Shown here piece by piece: positions 26,637-38,548 of a stretch of 64,000 nt of DNA (positions are counted from its first letter, which is position 1; every line of letters starts with the position of its first letter). The position numbers were made by a program, and so were the translations under genes. The stretch covers positions 1,542-65,541 of the forward strand of contig JAJYCJ010000002.1 of NCBI GenBank assembly GCA_021778515.1, given 5' to 3'. Source of the DNA: Acidobacteriota bacterium (lineage in GTDB: Bacteria > Acidobacteriota > UBA4820 > DSQY01). The notes beneath the pieces are model-generated. The model saw only the letters and a program-made list of their open reading frames with translations, searched no databases and had not been told where the DNA came from.

Positions 26637-27404
26637 TCAGGCCCGGCGCTCAAGCAGAATGACGGTGATGTTGTCCTCGCCGCCCTTCTGATTGGCCAGC
26701 TCTACGAGGGAGCGGCAGGTGGCTTCGAGGGACTCCCGGCGGGCAAAAGTTTTGGCGATATCCTCCTCGGCGGCCATGGAGTTCAGCCCATCGCTGCACA
26801 AGAGGACCCGGTCGCCCACCCCCACATCCATTTCGAGCACGTCCGCCTGCGCCTGGTCTCTCGTGCCGAGCGCCTTGGTAATGACGTTTCGGAACGGGTG
26901 GTGGGCCGCCTCCTCTTCCGTCAGGAAGCCCAGCCGCACCTGCTCGCTGACCCATGAATGGTCCATGGTGAGAACCGAGAGCTGGCTGCTGGAATAGAGG
27001 TAGGCCCTGCTGTCGCCCACGTGCCCGATAATGAGCTTGTCCCCCACGACGAGCGCCGCCACGACCGTGGTCCCCATGCCTCTCGATTCGGGATGCTCCG
27101 AGGAGTAGTTCTGAATCTGCTCGTTCGCAAGGGCAATGGCGGTCCTCAGCTTGTTCCCTTCGAATGAGAGGCTGTCGTCGTAGGAGGGGTAGGGCCAGGT
27201 CGCCTCTTCGGAGAGGTCTTGAATCTCAAAAAAGGCCACGATCTGATTGACGGCCATCTGCGCGGCCACCTCGCCCGAAGAGTGGCCCCCCATGCCGTCG
27301 GCCACCACATAAAGTCCGAGCTCGGGGCGGACGGCAAAAGCGTCCTCGTTGTTGCTTCGCTTGCGACCCACGTCGGTCAGGCCGGAGGCCTCCATAGTCA
27401 TCAT
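26637..27404 (-). CDS. PP2C-family Ser/Thr protein phosphatase
   Basis: GLTDVGRKRSNNEDAF, VVADGMGGHSSGEVA, LLCSDGL, GGEDNITVILL. Its ATG overlaps the upstream stop (ATGATGA). Confidence 0.92.
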   Translation of the reverse strand: MMTMEASGLTDVGRKRSNNEDAFAVRPELGLYVVADGMGGHSSGEVAAQMAVNQIVAFFEIQDLSEEATWPYPSYDDSLSFEGNKLRTAIALANEQIQNYSSEHPESRGMGTTVVAALVVGDKLIIGHVGDSRAYLYSSSQLSVLTMDHSWVSEQVRLGFLTEEEAAHHPFRNVITKALGTRDQAQADVLEMDVGVGDRVLLCSDGLNSMAAEEDIAKTFARRESLEATCRSLVELANQKGGEDNITVILLERRA

Positions 27405-28060
27405 TTTTTCTTTCCAAGGAGGGGGAGGCCCCAGGATTTGTCGCCCGTGAGCTGGGCAAGGAGGGCCTTGATGTTGTCGTCGGCAGGATAGTTCTTCTGG
27501 GATGTCTCCAGAAGGCGAAGGGCGCGAATCGATTGCCCGTTTTCCATGAGGAACCGGGCGTACTCCACGACGAAACCGGAGGAAAAGGGATCCAGTTCGA
27601 TGGCTCTTTCCACCTGCTGGCTTCCAAGCGTCCGCCAGCGGGGGTTTCTCAGCCGGATCATCCCCGCGTGGAAGAGGGCTTGCGGGTTTTCGGGATCCTG
27701 GCGAAGCAGATGATCGAAGACGCTGAGCGCACCGGCCAAATCTCCCGACTTCAGGCGCGCCCTTCCCTGCTGAAGGTACTCTCTGGCCATCTCCTGCGGG
27801 GACCGCTGCGCCGTTTGAGCCGGGACCGATGAGGCCAGGGACCTGTCGTAGGCGTCACGCTGAGCTTTTCGGCCGACGGTGTTGAAGGCCTCCGTCAGGC
27901 GCTTCAAAAGGGCCTCCGCCTCGGCTTTCTCCGCCGGGTCGGTGAACCTGTCGGGGTGATGCTCCTTCACCAGGTCTCGAAAGGCCGCTCGTATCTCGCT
28001 GTCCCGGGCCTGCGAGCTCACTCCCAACACCTCGTAGTAGTTCTGGTCATTCTGGTCCAT
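27401..28060 (-). CDS. J-domain (DnaJ-like) protein with C-terminal TPR repeats
   Basis: NYYEVLGVSSQARDSEIRAAFRDLVKEHHPDR (HPD motif), then TPR-like helices. ATG 28060 follows GGTGG. Confidence 0.85.
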   Translation of the reverse strand: MDQNDQNYYEVLGVSSQARDSEIRAAFRDLVKEHHPDRFTDPAEKAEAEALLKRLTEAFNTVGRKAQRDAYDRSLASSVPAQTAQRSPQEMAREYLQQGRARLKSGDLAGALSVFDHLLRQDPENPQALFHAGMIRLRNPRWRTLGSQQVERAIELDPFSSGFVVEYARFLMENGQSIRALRLLETSQKNYPADDNIKALLAQLTGDKSWGLPLLGKKK

Positions 28061-28117
28061 AGCGACCACCTTAGCTCAAGCCGTCCCCATCCCGCAAGGC
28101 CGCACAGCCGACCTCTG

Positions 28118-29299
28118 CTACTTCTTCTTGTAGGTAGTCACCTTTCTCGAATTGCGCGTGTCCCATAGCTTGCGCGCCTCGCGCCGGATGGCCTCGCTGA
28201 TGTTGCGGTCCTTGATCGTCAACTTCAGGTCCAGGTCGGTAAGCCTCGGCAAAAACTGAAGAACAAGGCCGATGGGCACCTTGGGATTGGCGACCAGGGA
28301 TTTCACAACGCTATATCTTTTGGTCCATTCCCTGTTGCGCGCCATCTTTCGGAACAGGTCCTCGGACAGGTTGCGCTGACGGGCAAAGGATTCTATCTCG
28401 AGCTCGCTCAGCTTGGGGGAGTCCAGGACGGCCTCCTGGACCACCTTGTTGCTGTCACGGATCAGAAGGCCCCTGGCCTCCTTGTTCCCCTTGAGCGCCA
28501 GCTCGATCTTCGCGGGAATGGACATGGTGATGATCTGCTGGTAGAGCGACTTGTACTGCTCCGCCGACAGCTCCTCCTCCACGAGCGCCTCGGGCGGCAG
28601 CTCCAGCGCCTCGTAATCGAGCCCCGCCTGATCCCCCGCTGGCTCCTCCGCCCCGATGCCCGGGGCGACCGGTGGCTGAACGGGGGGACGGATCGTCTCC
28701 GATCTCCGAGGGACGCCGCCGGCCTCGGGAATGTTCATCGTGAATGCTCCCCCGGCGGCGCCGAGCTTCAGGCCGAATCGACTCTCTAGCATGCCTGGAA
28801 TCTGCGGATGGCCCCGGAAGAACTGCTCCACCAGGTCGTAGATCCTTCTCACCTGGCTCGTGCCCAGGGTCCGGTTCCTCAGGATGGCCTCGAGGATGGA
28901 GGGCTCCTGCAGTAGCCGCACCTGGTTGTCCAGCATGAGGTCGATGACGTCGCCCCCGCCCGTTTCGCCGAGCCATTCCAGCGTCTCGACGGGCACCCCC
29001 CGGTTCTTGAGAGCCGCCCGCCGGATCTGCTCGTTCTTGCCCAGGACCCGTATGGCAAAATCGAGCACCTCCGGATGGAACTCGTACCCCGGCAGGAGAG
29101 CGTCCCACTCCTCCTCCTTCAGGGCGGCGAGGCTCTCCTTGCAGGCGATCCGGACCTCTGGATCCTCGTCGTTGCGAAGGAGGACCCAGAGTTCCACGAA
29201 CTCCTCCCGGGACAGGGGCAACGCGCCTCTGGCGGCGGCCCTCTTGACGTGTGCCTGGGTCTCGCCCGCCAGGATCCGTTCTACGAGGGGGTGCGTCAT
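28118..29299 (-). CDS. helical-repeat (HEAT/LRV-like) protein of unknown function, paralogous to 30240-30974
   Basis: MTHPLVERILAGETQAHVKRAAARGALPL.... The C-terminal half carries repeats such as REWTKRYSVVKSLVANPKVPIGLVLQFLPRLTDLDLKLTIKDRNISEAIRREARKL. ATG 29299 overlaps the rodZ stop. Confidence 0.7.
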   Translation of the reverse strand: MTHPLVERILAGETQAHVKRAAARGALPLSREEFVELWVLLRNDEDPEVRIACKESLAALKEEEWDALLPGYEFHPEVLDFAIRVLGKNEQIRRAALKNRGVPVETLEWLGETGGGDVIDLMLDNQVRLLQEPSILEAILRNRTLGTSQVRRIYDLVEQFFRGHPQIPGMLESRFGLKLGAAGGAFTMNIPEAGGVPRRSETIRPPVQPPVAPGIGAEEPAGDQAGLDYEALELPPEALVEEELSAEQYKSLYQQIITMSIPAKIELALKGNKEARGLLIRDSNKVVQEAVLDSPKLSELEIESFARQRNLSEDLFRKMARNREWTKRYSVVKSLVANPKVPIGLVLQFLPRLTDLDLKLTIKDRNISEAIRREARKLWDTRNSRKVTTYKKK

Positions 29300-30243
29300 G
29301 GCGTCTGAGGCTGTACGGCGGGAGGAATCTGGAAGTTTTTGAGGAGCTTCCCCGGAGCGCCGGGCAGCGCGACGCTGCGCCCCTGGAAGGTGATGGAGAG
29401 TGCGGAAGGGTCGCCGATGTCGGCCTTGAAGCGCTTCCCGTTGAGTGCCACCGTCTCCCCGGCCCTCAGCTGGCGGTATATCTTCCTCTGTCCATCGGCC
29501 CACAGGGCGAGCCAGCACGTCTTGTTGCAGACGATGACGAGGTCGCCCCGAGGTGCCACTGGAACGGCGGCGGCAGGCGCCTCCGCTGCCGCAGGGGGGG
29601 CCGTGGGCTCCGCGGAGGAGGCGGCGGCGGGCTCCGAAGGCGGCTTCTCGGGCGCTTCAACGCTGGTCTCCGGAGCCATTGCCGGAGTAGCGGAGGACAC
29701 AGCGGCCGCAACCGCCGTTCCCGGCGTGGCCAGCTCGGTGGGTGCCGCTTCGCCCTTTGTGGCCTGCTCCATGGGGGTCTTCTCGGGAGCAGCGGCAGGG
29801 GGTGATGGGGAGGGCTCCCGCGGGCCGGCAGGGGCGGCGGCTTCCGGCGCACGGCGGTCCCCTCCCGTGCCATAGTGCAGCCAGAACCAGATAGCGCCAC
29901 CGGCCGCCAAAACCACCAGGACAACCGCGAGAAGTACCGGCCACACGCGAAAGCGGGGGGCCGCCAGGACCACTGCCGAGCGGCTCTCCGCCAGGGGAGC
30001 GCGCGTGATCTGCCGGAGGCGTTCCACGTACGGTTCACCATCCAATTCCAGAACCGCCGCGTAGGCCCGGAGATGCCCCGCCATGAAGACGGCAGGCGGG
30101 AGATCCTCCAGTCGGCCCTCCTCCAGGGCGAGCAGGATGGGCTTCCGGATCTTCGTAGCCCTGGATACGTCCTCCAGGCTCAGACCCTTGGCTTTCCGGG
30201 CTGCCGAAAGCTCTTCGCCCAGGACCTTCGCCGCATGGTTCAC
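29296..30243 (-). CDS. rodZ: RodZ-like cytoskeleton protein (HTH + TM + Pro/Ala-rich linker + DUF4115-like C-terminus)
   Basis: LGEELSAARKAKGLSLEDVSRATKIRKPILLALEEG (XRE-type HTH), TM segment VWPVLLAVVLVVLAAGGAIWFW, and C-terminus VIVCNKTCWLALWADGQ...LSITFQG. Confidence 0.8.
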   Translation of the reverse strand: MNHAAKVLGEELSAARKAKGLSLEDVSRATKIRKPILLALEEGRLEDLPPAVFMAGHLRAYAAVLELDGEPYVERLRQITRAPLAESRSAVVLAAPRFRVWPVLLAVVLVVLAAGGAIWFWLHYGTGGDRRAPEAAAPAGPREPSPSPPAAAPEKTPMEQATKGEAAPTELATPGTAVAAAVSSATPAMAPETSVEAPEKPPSEPAAASSAEPTAPPAAAEAPAAAVPVAPRGDLVIVCNKTCWLALWADGQRKIYRQLRAGETVALNGKRFKADIGDPSALSITFQGRSVALPGAPGKLLKNFQIPPAVQPQTP

Positions 30244-30974
30244 GGTTTCCTCCCGAGTCTAGTCAGAAGCATCCGCCGCACGGCCACGGGGACCTTCGGG
30301 TCCTGCGACAACGCCCGCGCCTCCGCGAGATTCAGGGAACTCAAAAAGGGGATGACGGCGGCGAGGGGGGTGTGCATGTTGCGGATGAGGCCCACCCGGA
30401 CCTCCTGCCGCGCCGACCATTTCGGATCCCGGGCGACGGCCTCGAGTACCGGGGCGGGTGTCTTGGGCTGATTGATGAGGAACAGGACGTCGTCCTCGAC
30501 GGTCCGACCGTTCTCCAGCAGCGCTTTGACGACCCTCGGGTCCTTGTCGTTCCTCAGCATCTTGAGGGCCTGTCCCGCTGCCGCCCGGGCGAAGGTGATC
30601 TTCTCCCCCACCGCCATGGCGGGAATGCGCTGCAAGAGAACGGTTTCGGCCGCGTGCCTCACTTCGCTCGCAATGTGGAAGTTCTGTATGGTGAGGTTGA
30701 GGTCGCGCCAGGCCAGGAATTTCACGAAATTCATGGCGTCGGCCAAGGGGGTGGCGGCGTGGTTGACGAGCGAGAATTGCACCCTGACGGACCGGACCCA
30801 TTTGCCGTGGCTCACTTGGGCGAGAAAGCTCTCTGGCAGGTCCCTGCGCTCTAGCAGCTTGAGGAGGTGGCGCTCCCTGGTGGCGGGGTGGTCCAGGAGG
30901 GCCGGGAGTTCCTGAAAAGAGAGGGAGGGAATCTTGCCCCAGAGCTCGTCTTCGGTCAGACCCGAGTCCAGCAT
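30240..30974 (-). CDS. helical-repeat protein of unknown function, paralogous to 28118-29299
   Basis: Repeats KWVRSVRVQFSLVNHAATPLADAMNFVKFLAWRDLNLTI and KWSARQEVRVGLIRNMHTPLAAVIPFLSSLNLAEARAL. The stop overlaps the rodZ start. Confidence 0.65.
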   Translation of the reverse strand: MLDSGLTEDELWGKIPSLSFQELPALLDHPATRERHLLKLLERRDLPESFLAQVSHGKWVRSVRVQFSLVNHAATPLADAMNFVKFLAWRDLNLTIQNFHIASEVRHAAETVLLQRIPAMAVGEKITFARAAAGQALKMLRNDKDPRVVKALLENGRTVEDDVLFLINQPKTPAPVLEAVARDPKWSARQEVRVGLIRNMHTPLAAVIPFLSSLNLAEARALSQDPKVPVAVRRMLLTRLGRKP

Positions 30975-32011
30975 GCCCCGTCACCCCTGCTTCCGATTGT
31001 AGGGCCCCCGCCTTCTCCTGACAAGGCTCTCACGTTCCAGCCGGCGGAGACGAACCGCTCCAGCGACTCCCGCTCGGCCGGGGGCAGGAGCGACGCCCTC
31101 GCCGCCAACTCTTGGCTGCGGGCGAGCTCCCGCGGTCCCCAGCCCAGCCGACGCCTCGCCCACTGGAGCTCCCGGCTCAGGGTCGTGTGAAAGAGCGCAG
31201 GATCGTCCGTGCCGAGGGACAGCGATACTCCCCCTGCCCAGAGCTGCGCCAGGGGATGCCTTTTGCCCCTGGGGACCACGCCGGTCCGGCGGTTGCTGGT
31301 GGGGCACACCTCCAGGTGCGTGCCCCGACGGGCGAGCTCCGCCACCAGGGCCGGGGACTCGGCGGCCCTGATGCCGTGTCCGATCCTCGGCGGATCAAAC
31401 ACGTCGAGAGCCGACGCCACCTCGTCGGCTCCGAGTCCTTCTCCCGCGTGGGGGATTATGGGGAAGCGGTGTTTCCGCGCCTCGTGGGCGAGCTCCTTGA
31501 ACAGGCTCGAAGGGGCAGCCGCTTCGTCCCCCCCGAGCCCGAAAGCCACCACGCCACGGCGCCTGCACCCGAGGGCCAATTCGAAGTCGCGAATCAGGCT
31601 TCGGCGATCCCACTGGCGAACGCCGTCGATGATGAACGAGCACCGCGGAACGCCGGTTCTCGCCGCATCCAGCAGGGCATCGAGGGTCTCCTCGGCTGGC
31701 AGTCCGTGTCGCTCCCACACGGACGGGGACACGCGCAGCTCCGCGTACACGATCCCCTGGCGCCTGAGTCTTCCCTGCACCTTTTTAAAGAGCCACCCCA
31801 GATCAGATGGATCTGCCAACAGGTCCACGAGGCGGCCGAAATGAATCAGGAAGTCTCTGAGGCTGCCGTGCCGATAACAGGCCGCGAGGTCGGAGGGCCC
31901 GATCCCTCGGCCGGCCGGGTTGCGCTCGGCCAGCATCCTTGCTTCCGCGGGTGAGATGCACCCCTCGAGGTGAAGGTGCAGCTCCACCTTGGGGAGGGCC
32001 AGCAGGTTCAA
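30956..32011 (-). CDS. add: adenosine deaminase family protein
   Basis: PKVELHLHLEG, IPHAGE, EVCPTSN, SLGTDDP. No ATG is suitably placed. TTG 32011 (LNLLALPKVELH) overlaps the upstream TGA stop (TTGA). The track ORF start 32215 overlaps the upstream gene. Confidence 0.8.
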   Translation of the reverse strand: MNLLALPKVELHLHLEGCISPAEARMLAERNPAGRGIGPSDLAACYRHGSLRDFLIHFGRLVDLLADPSDLGWLFKKVQGRLRRQGIVYAELRVSPSVWERHGLPAEETLDALLDAARTGVPRCSFIIDGVRQWDRRSLIRDFELALGCRRRGVVAFGLGGDEAAAPSSLFKELAHEARKHRFPIIPHAGEGLGADEVASALDVFDPPRIGHGIRAAESPALVAELARRGTHLEVCPTSNRRTGVVPRGKRHPLAQLWAGGVSLSLGTDDPALFHTTLSRELQWARRRLGWGPRELARSQELAARASLLPPAERESLERFVSAGWNVRALSGEGGGPTIGSRGDGACWTRV

Positions 32012-32367
32012 TAGTGCTCGGCCTGCTGGTTGAAATCGTAGTGGAGGACCAGCTTGTAGACCTTCAGGTCCACGGGCATGTCGAACTTGGCCCCGATGCT
32101 GACGGTGGAACCCCGCCGCTCCACGGTGACGTCCTTCTCGGTGAGCGGCAGGTTGAGCCGATGCGCCTTGGCCACGAGGTCCTGCTTCATCTGTTCGGGG
32201 GAGCGGTTCCAGCAATCGGTCCGTGCGTACTCTCCCATCCAGTCCTTGAACTCGTACGCATTGATCCGGGGAGGCACGACCTTCACGAGCACGAAAATGG
32301 CGGCCGCCAGAATCAGCAGCATGACGAAGAGCCCCAGTTTGCCCTCACCCCGCTCCGCGTTTCTCAT
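32008..32367 (-). CDS. small membrane-anchored hypothetical protein (DUF4845-like)
   Basis: N-terminal TM segment LGLFVMLLILAAAIFVLVKVV, then a soluble ~85-aa domain. It lies in the operon with add. Confidence 0.55.
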   Translation of the reverse strand: MRNAERGEGKLGLFVMLLILAAAIFVLVKVVPPRINAYEFKDWMGEYARTDCWNRSPEQMKQDLVAKAHRLNLPLTEKDVTVERRGSTVSIGAKFDMPVDLKVYKLVLHYDFNQQAEHY

Positions 32368-32415
32368 GGCGTGACTCTCCTTTCGGCCTCATGATAAAAA
32401 GGTCGTTCACCGCTG

Positions 32416-35079
<2,664 letters not shown>

Positions 35080-35185
35080 GGCTTTCTCTCCCGGCTGAAA
35101 GGGCCTCAGGGCTGTCTTGCCGCGGCCTCGGAGCCTGGACCGGGCTCCTTCGTGTGCCCCCGGCCGTCCCCGCGCCTCGCATACA

Positions 35186-35212
35186 CGAAAACAGGGGCGA
35201 ACCCCTGTTCTC
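35186..35212 (-). terminator. rho-independent terminator after the REC-protein gene
   Basis: Minus strand: GAGAACAGGGG-TTCG-CCCCTGTTTTC, an 8-10 bp GC-rich stem with a T-run, about 35 nt after the stop at 35244. Confidence 0.55.
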
Positions 35213-35243
35213 GCGCTTTAGCTGCCATCGGCGAACCTCGGTT

Positions 35244-37343
35244 TCAGCCCGCCTCGGTCTCCAGTTCCTGGATGCGGCGCCGGATGAGGTTTTCCGCCAT
35301 CTCCGGAATGACTTCCCAGGCGACCTGCCGGATGATCTCGGGGGCCGTCTCGCGAAGGACTTGCAACACCGCGTCCCGCACCGCCGCCTGCACGGCCTCC
35401 GGCGCCATTCGCTCCGCGTGTTCCCGAGCGGCCTCCCGCACCGCGGCGGGAGCCGATTCCGCCACGGCCTGCCGGACGAGATCCGGCGCCTGCTGCGCCA
35501 CCGCCTGCTGCACGGCGCCCGGAACGGTTTCGCGCGCGACGGCCGAAGCGTGATCGGGGGCGATCTCCCGGGCGATCTCGCGGATGTGCGCTCCGGCCAT
35601 ATCGGAGACGATCGCCCTGATGTGGTCGGGCGCCATCTCCCGCACCGTCTCGGCAATCACGGCCGGAGCCAAGGCCTGCGCCACCTCCCGGGCTATCCCC
35701 GGGTGCGCCTCGGCGACGGCCTTCCTCACCGACTGCTCCAGCTCCTCGCCCGGAATCGTTGGAGGGGCGGGCGCCTGCGCCGCCGGGGCTATGGGCTCGG
35801 GCTCGGCCGGCAAGGGCTCGGCGGGGACCAGCGCGGCGACGGTGGGCTCCTCGGGCTGGATCCCCGGGGCGGGCTCCTCGAAGGGAGAGACCTCCTCCAT
35901 GCCCGCCGGGAGCTCTTCCGTGTGTTCTCCCAGGGCGAGAGGTGCCTTCACGGCCTCGCTCACGTGTTCCGCGGGTACCTCGGGAAGGCCGCTTCGAACC
36001 TCGCCCTCCTCCAGGAAGGGGGTCTCCTCAAGCCGGGGTTCTTCGGGTTGTGCCTGTTCGGCCGTGTCCACCGACGAGGGTACAACCTCCTCATAGGCGG
36101 GAACCAGCTCCCCCTCGATCTTCGGAAGCTCGACGGACGACGCTTCGATCGTTTCCTCCGGGGCGCCCGCAAAGGCCGAGACCGGCGCCTCCATCTTGGC
36201 CTGGGCCTCGGCCTGGGCTTGGGAAACCATGTCTTGCTGTTCCGTCATGTCGTGGACGATCAGGGACTCGTCCATGGCCTCCTCGGCGGGAAGGGATTCC
36301 TCCTCCTTCAAGCCCGGCTCCGCGGGCAGGCCCTCAGGCTCGATCACGTCGGGAGCCGCAGGCCGCCGACCCTCCCCCCAATCCTCGGCGCCCATGACGG
36401 AGACGGGCGCCGTCTCAAGGGGCGGCGCCGAGCTCGCCGACAGGTCCGCCTCGAGCACGTCGGGCTCACCCGCGTCCTCGGGTCCCGCCACGCCGATCAC
36501 GACCTCGTCTTTGGCCGCATGCGGGGGAGCCACGATCTCCTCAAAGGCCTGCTCCGAAGCCTCCTCAGACGGAAGAGGCCCCAGATCGATGGATTCAAAG
36601 GGCTCCTCGGGCTGAATCGCCTCCGTCACCGGCGGCTCGGCCGCCTGTTCCGGCTTTTGCGCAACGGGCAGAGGTTCACTCACCCATTCGGTGGGCCAGG
36701 CCGCCTCCGAAGCGGGCTTGATGTCAGGCCCTTCCTGCGCCGCTGAGGGTTCAGCGACGGCTAGAGGGCGGCCGGAAACAACATGGGCGGGTTCCACCGC
36801 GGCCTTCTCCTCCACGGCTTCCTGCTCGAACGCCTGCTCGAATGGCTCGGCAGGCTTCGGCGGGACCGCCGCGGCTCCCTCCCGTTCCACCTGCGGCTCA
36901 TGCACCAGGAGGAACTCCTCCCTGGCCTGAAAGACCTGGGCGGGCTCCATGGGGGCGGCCGTGTCCAGCACCGGCCGTCGGCTTATGAGCTCCTCTACCT
37001 TATCTACCAGGAGCTTGGAATCGAAGGGCTTGGTGACGTAGGTGTCGGCTCCTGAGAGCCTCGCCTTGTCCTCGTCGAAGGGCTCGAAGGTCCCCGTCAG
37101 CAGAATGACCGGGATCCCGGAATAGGTCGGGTTCTTCTTGACGAAGGAGGCCACGTCGTACCCGTTCATCTCGGGCATGATCACGTCGCAGAGGAGGATG
37201 TCGGGGCGGTCATCCTGGATCTTCTGCACCGCGGCCTTCCCGTTGGACACGCACACCACCGCGTAGTCCCCTTCCGCGAAGGTCAGCTCCACGACCTTCT
37301 GGATGGTGACGCTATCGTCAGCCAGCAGGATTTTCTTCGGCAT
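35244..37343 (-). CDS. response regulator: N-terminal REC domain, ~430-aa acidic Pro/Glu/Ala-rich region, repetitive helical C-terminus
   Basis: MPKKILLADDSVTIQK...DVIMPEMNGYD...TGT.. (REC), then long PE-rich low complexity. C-terminus has degenerate repeats AP(D/E)xxRxxVxE... and ends VAWEVIPEMAENLIRRRIQELETEAG. Confidence 0.85.
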   Translation of the reverse strand: MPKKILLADDSVTIQKVVELTFAEGDYAVVCVSNGKAAVQKIQDDRPDILLCDVIMPEMNGYDVASFVKKNPTYSGIPVILLTGTFEPFDEDKARLSGADTYVTKPFDSKLLVDKVEELISRRPVLDTAAPMEPAQVFQAREEFLLVHEPQVEREGAAAVPPKPAEPFEQAFEQEAVEEKAAVEPAHVVSGRPLAVAEPSAAQEGPDIKPASEAAWPTEWVSEPLPVAQKPEQAAEPPVTEAIQPEEPFESIDLGPLPSEEASEQAFEEIVAPPHAAKDEVVIGVAGPEDAGEPDVLEADLSASSAPPLETAPVSVMGAEDWGEGRRPAAPDVIEPEGLPAEPGLKEEESLPAEEAMDESLIVHDMTEQQDMVSQAQAEAQAKMEAPVSAFAGAPEETIEASSVELPKIEGELVPAYEEVVPSSVDTAEQAQPEEPRLEETPFLEEGEVRSGLPEVPAEHVSEAVKAPLALGEHTEELPAGMEEVSPFEEPAPGIQPEEPTVAALVPAEPLPAEPEPIAPAAQAPAPPTIPGEELEQSVRKAVAEAHPGIAREVAQALAPAVIAETVREMAPDHIRAIVSDMAGAHIREIAREIAPDHASAVARETVPGAVQQAVAQQAPDLVRQAVAESAPAAVREAAREHAERMAPEAVQAAVRDAVLQVLRETAPEIIRQVAWEVIPEMAENLIRRRIQELETEAG

Positions 37344-37367
37344 CCGCAGCCCCCTTATCGTCCCTGA

Positions 37368-37769
37368 TTATTCTATGCCAATTCCCAAACCCCTGTAAAG
37401 CCGCGCAAGATCGATGCACCGGATTTCCGGATCCGCCGCCACCACCCCTTCGCACCACGGGGCAGCCTCCGGCGGCGCCATTTCCATGCGTGCGCGCCAG
37501 AGTCTCGGTCCGCGCGCCGGCAAGGCCAGCACGCGTCCGCTCCACTCCACGACGATGAGGACCTCCGGGGGTTCCTTGGGCCCTCCGAATATCTCCTCCC
37601 GCAGAACGGGCACCACGCCTCCCTCGCCGGGCAACAGTCCCCACAGCCACTCCGCTCCCTCTGGCAACGGATGCGGCGCCGACCAGTCGCGAACCGTGAC
37701 TACCGCCGCCTCCGGGACCGCAAGCCTCAGCTCGCCCGCGTCGAACACCACGAAGCCGCGTTCATCCAT
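37368..37769 (-). CDS. CheW-like domain protein
   Basis: MDERGFVVFDAGELRLAVPEAAVVTV...VLIVVEWSGRVLALP...IRCIDLARL. The ATG overlaps the upstream stop (ATGGATGA). Confidence 0.6.
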   Translation of the reverse strand: MDERGFVVFDAGELRLAVPEAAVVTVRDWSAPHPLPEGAEWLWGLLPGEGGVVPVLREEIFGGPKEPPEVLIVVEWSGRVLALPARGPRLWRARMEMAPPEAAPWCEGVVAADPEIRCIDLARLYRGLGIGIE

Positions 37770-38136
37770 TCCCTTCCCCGAACCCCTCTTCGTTGACCAC
37801 ATAAACCCAGCGCCCCCGGTCCGACAGCACCCCCCTGCACCAGGCCCGGCCGCGAAAAAGATCGCCGGGCAGGGAGAGGTAACTCAGGCTTTCGCGCCCG
37901 TCGGGAAGAAGGACCTCTCCGGCGCGCCAGCACGCGCCACTGTTGAGCAAGATGAGAACGCCTGGAAGGCCGGCCCCGGGAGTGACTCCAAGGCACTCGG
38001 CGAGGTCTGCGGCCTGAGAGGCGTACGATTCAAAATCTCTCTCCTGCCGGTGAAGTACCCTGTGCACCTGCGAGAAAGGCAGGGCCAATTCCAGGGCGTC
38101 GCCGACCTGCAACAGCAACCACTGCTCCGAAGGCAT
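37762..38136 (-). CDS. CheW-like domain protein
   Basis: MPSEQWLLLQVGDALELALPFSQVHRV...GVLILLNSGACWRAGEVL...GRWVYVVN. ATG 38136 follows GGAAAGG. Confidence 0.55.
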   Translation of the reverse strand: MPSEQWLLLQVGDALELALPFSQVHRVLHRQERDFESYASQAADLAECLGVTPGAGLPGVLILLNSGACWRAGEVLLPDGRESLSYLSLPGDLFRGRAWCRGVLSDRGRWVYVVNEEGFGEGNG

Positions 38137-38548
38137 CACCTTTCCTTCCTGGCGGTAACATAGAGGGCGGCTGCCGAAGCGTCAAGGGGCCCGGCGGAAC
38201 GGAGGCCCCCTTCACGACCAGGTTGGACGAGAGGATCGGATGTGAGAGGTTCCTTCTGCAGGAGAAGGTCTTGCGGTTGCCGGAATTTCAACGCACCGGA
38301 GGGCGTATTCCAAGGGCCCCTGCGGTAAATGCCCCAAACCCTTCTCTCCTGGCGCCACAATTTCATCGGGCGCTAGCGCCCATCGGGCCAAGAATTCTAT
38401 AATCTCAACCTCGGCCGGGGCCCAGGGCCTGCGGCCAGGCAATTCCGAGAGCGAAGTGAACCACAGAACCGGTGTCGGCTGCCCGTGCGAGAGTTCTGCG
38501 CCGCGGAAACAGGCAACAGCGCGGGAGCCTTAAGGAACGGAGATCCTG

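Noticed and set aside
35154-36746. 530-aa plus-strand ORF
   Set aside because: It is antisense to the REC/PE-rich response regulator. The Gly/Arg/Leu-rich text mirrors the Pro/Glu/Ala repeats.
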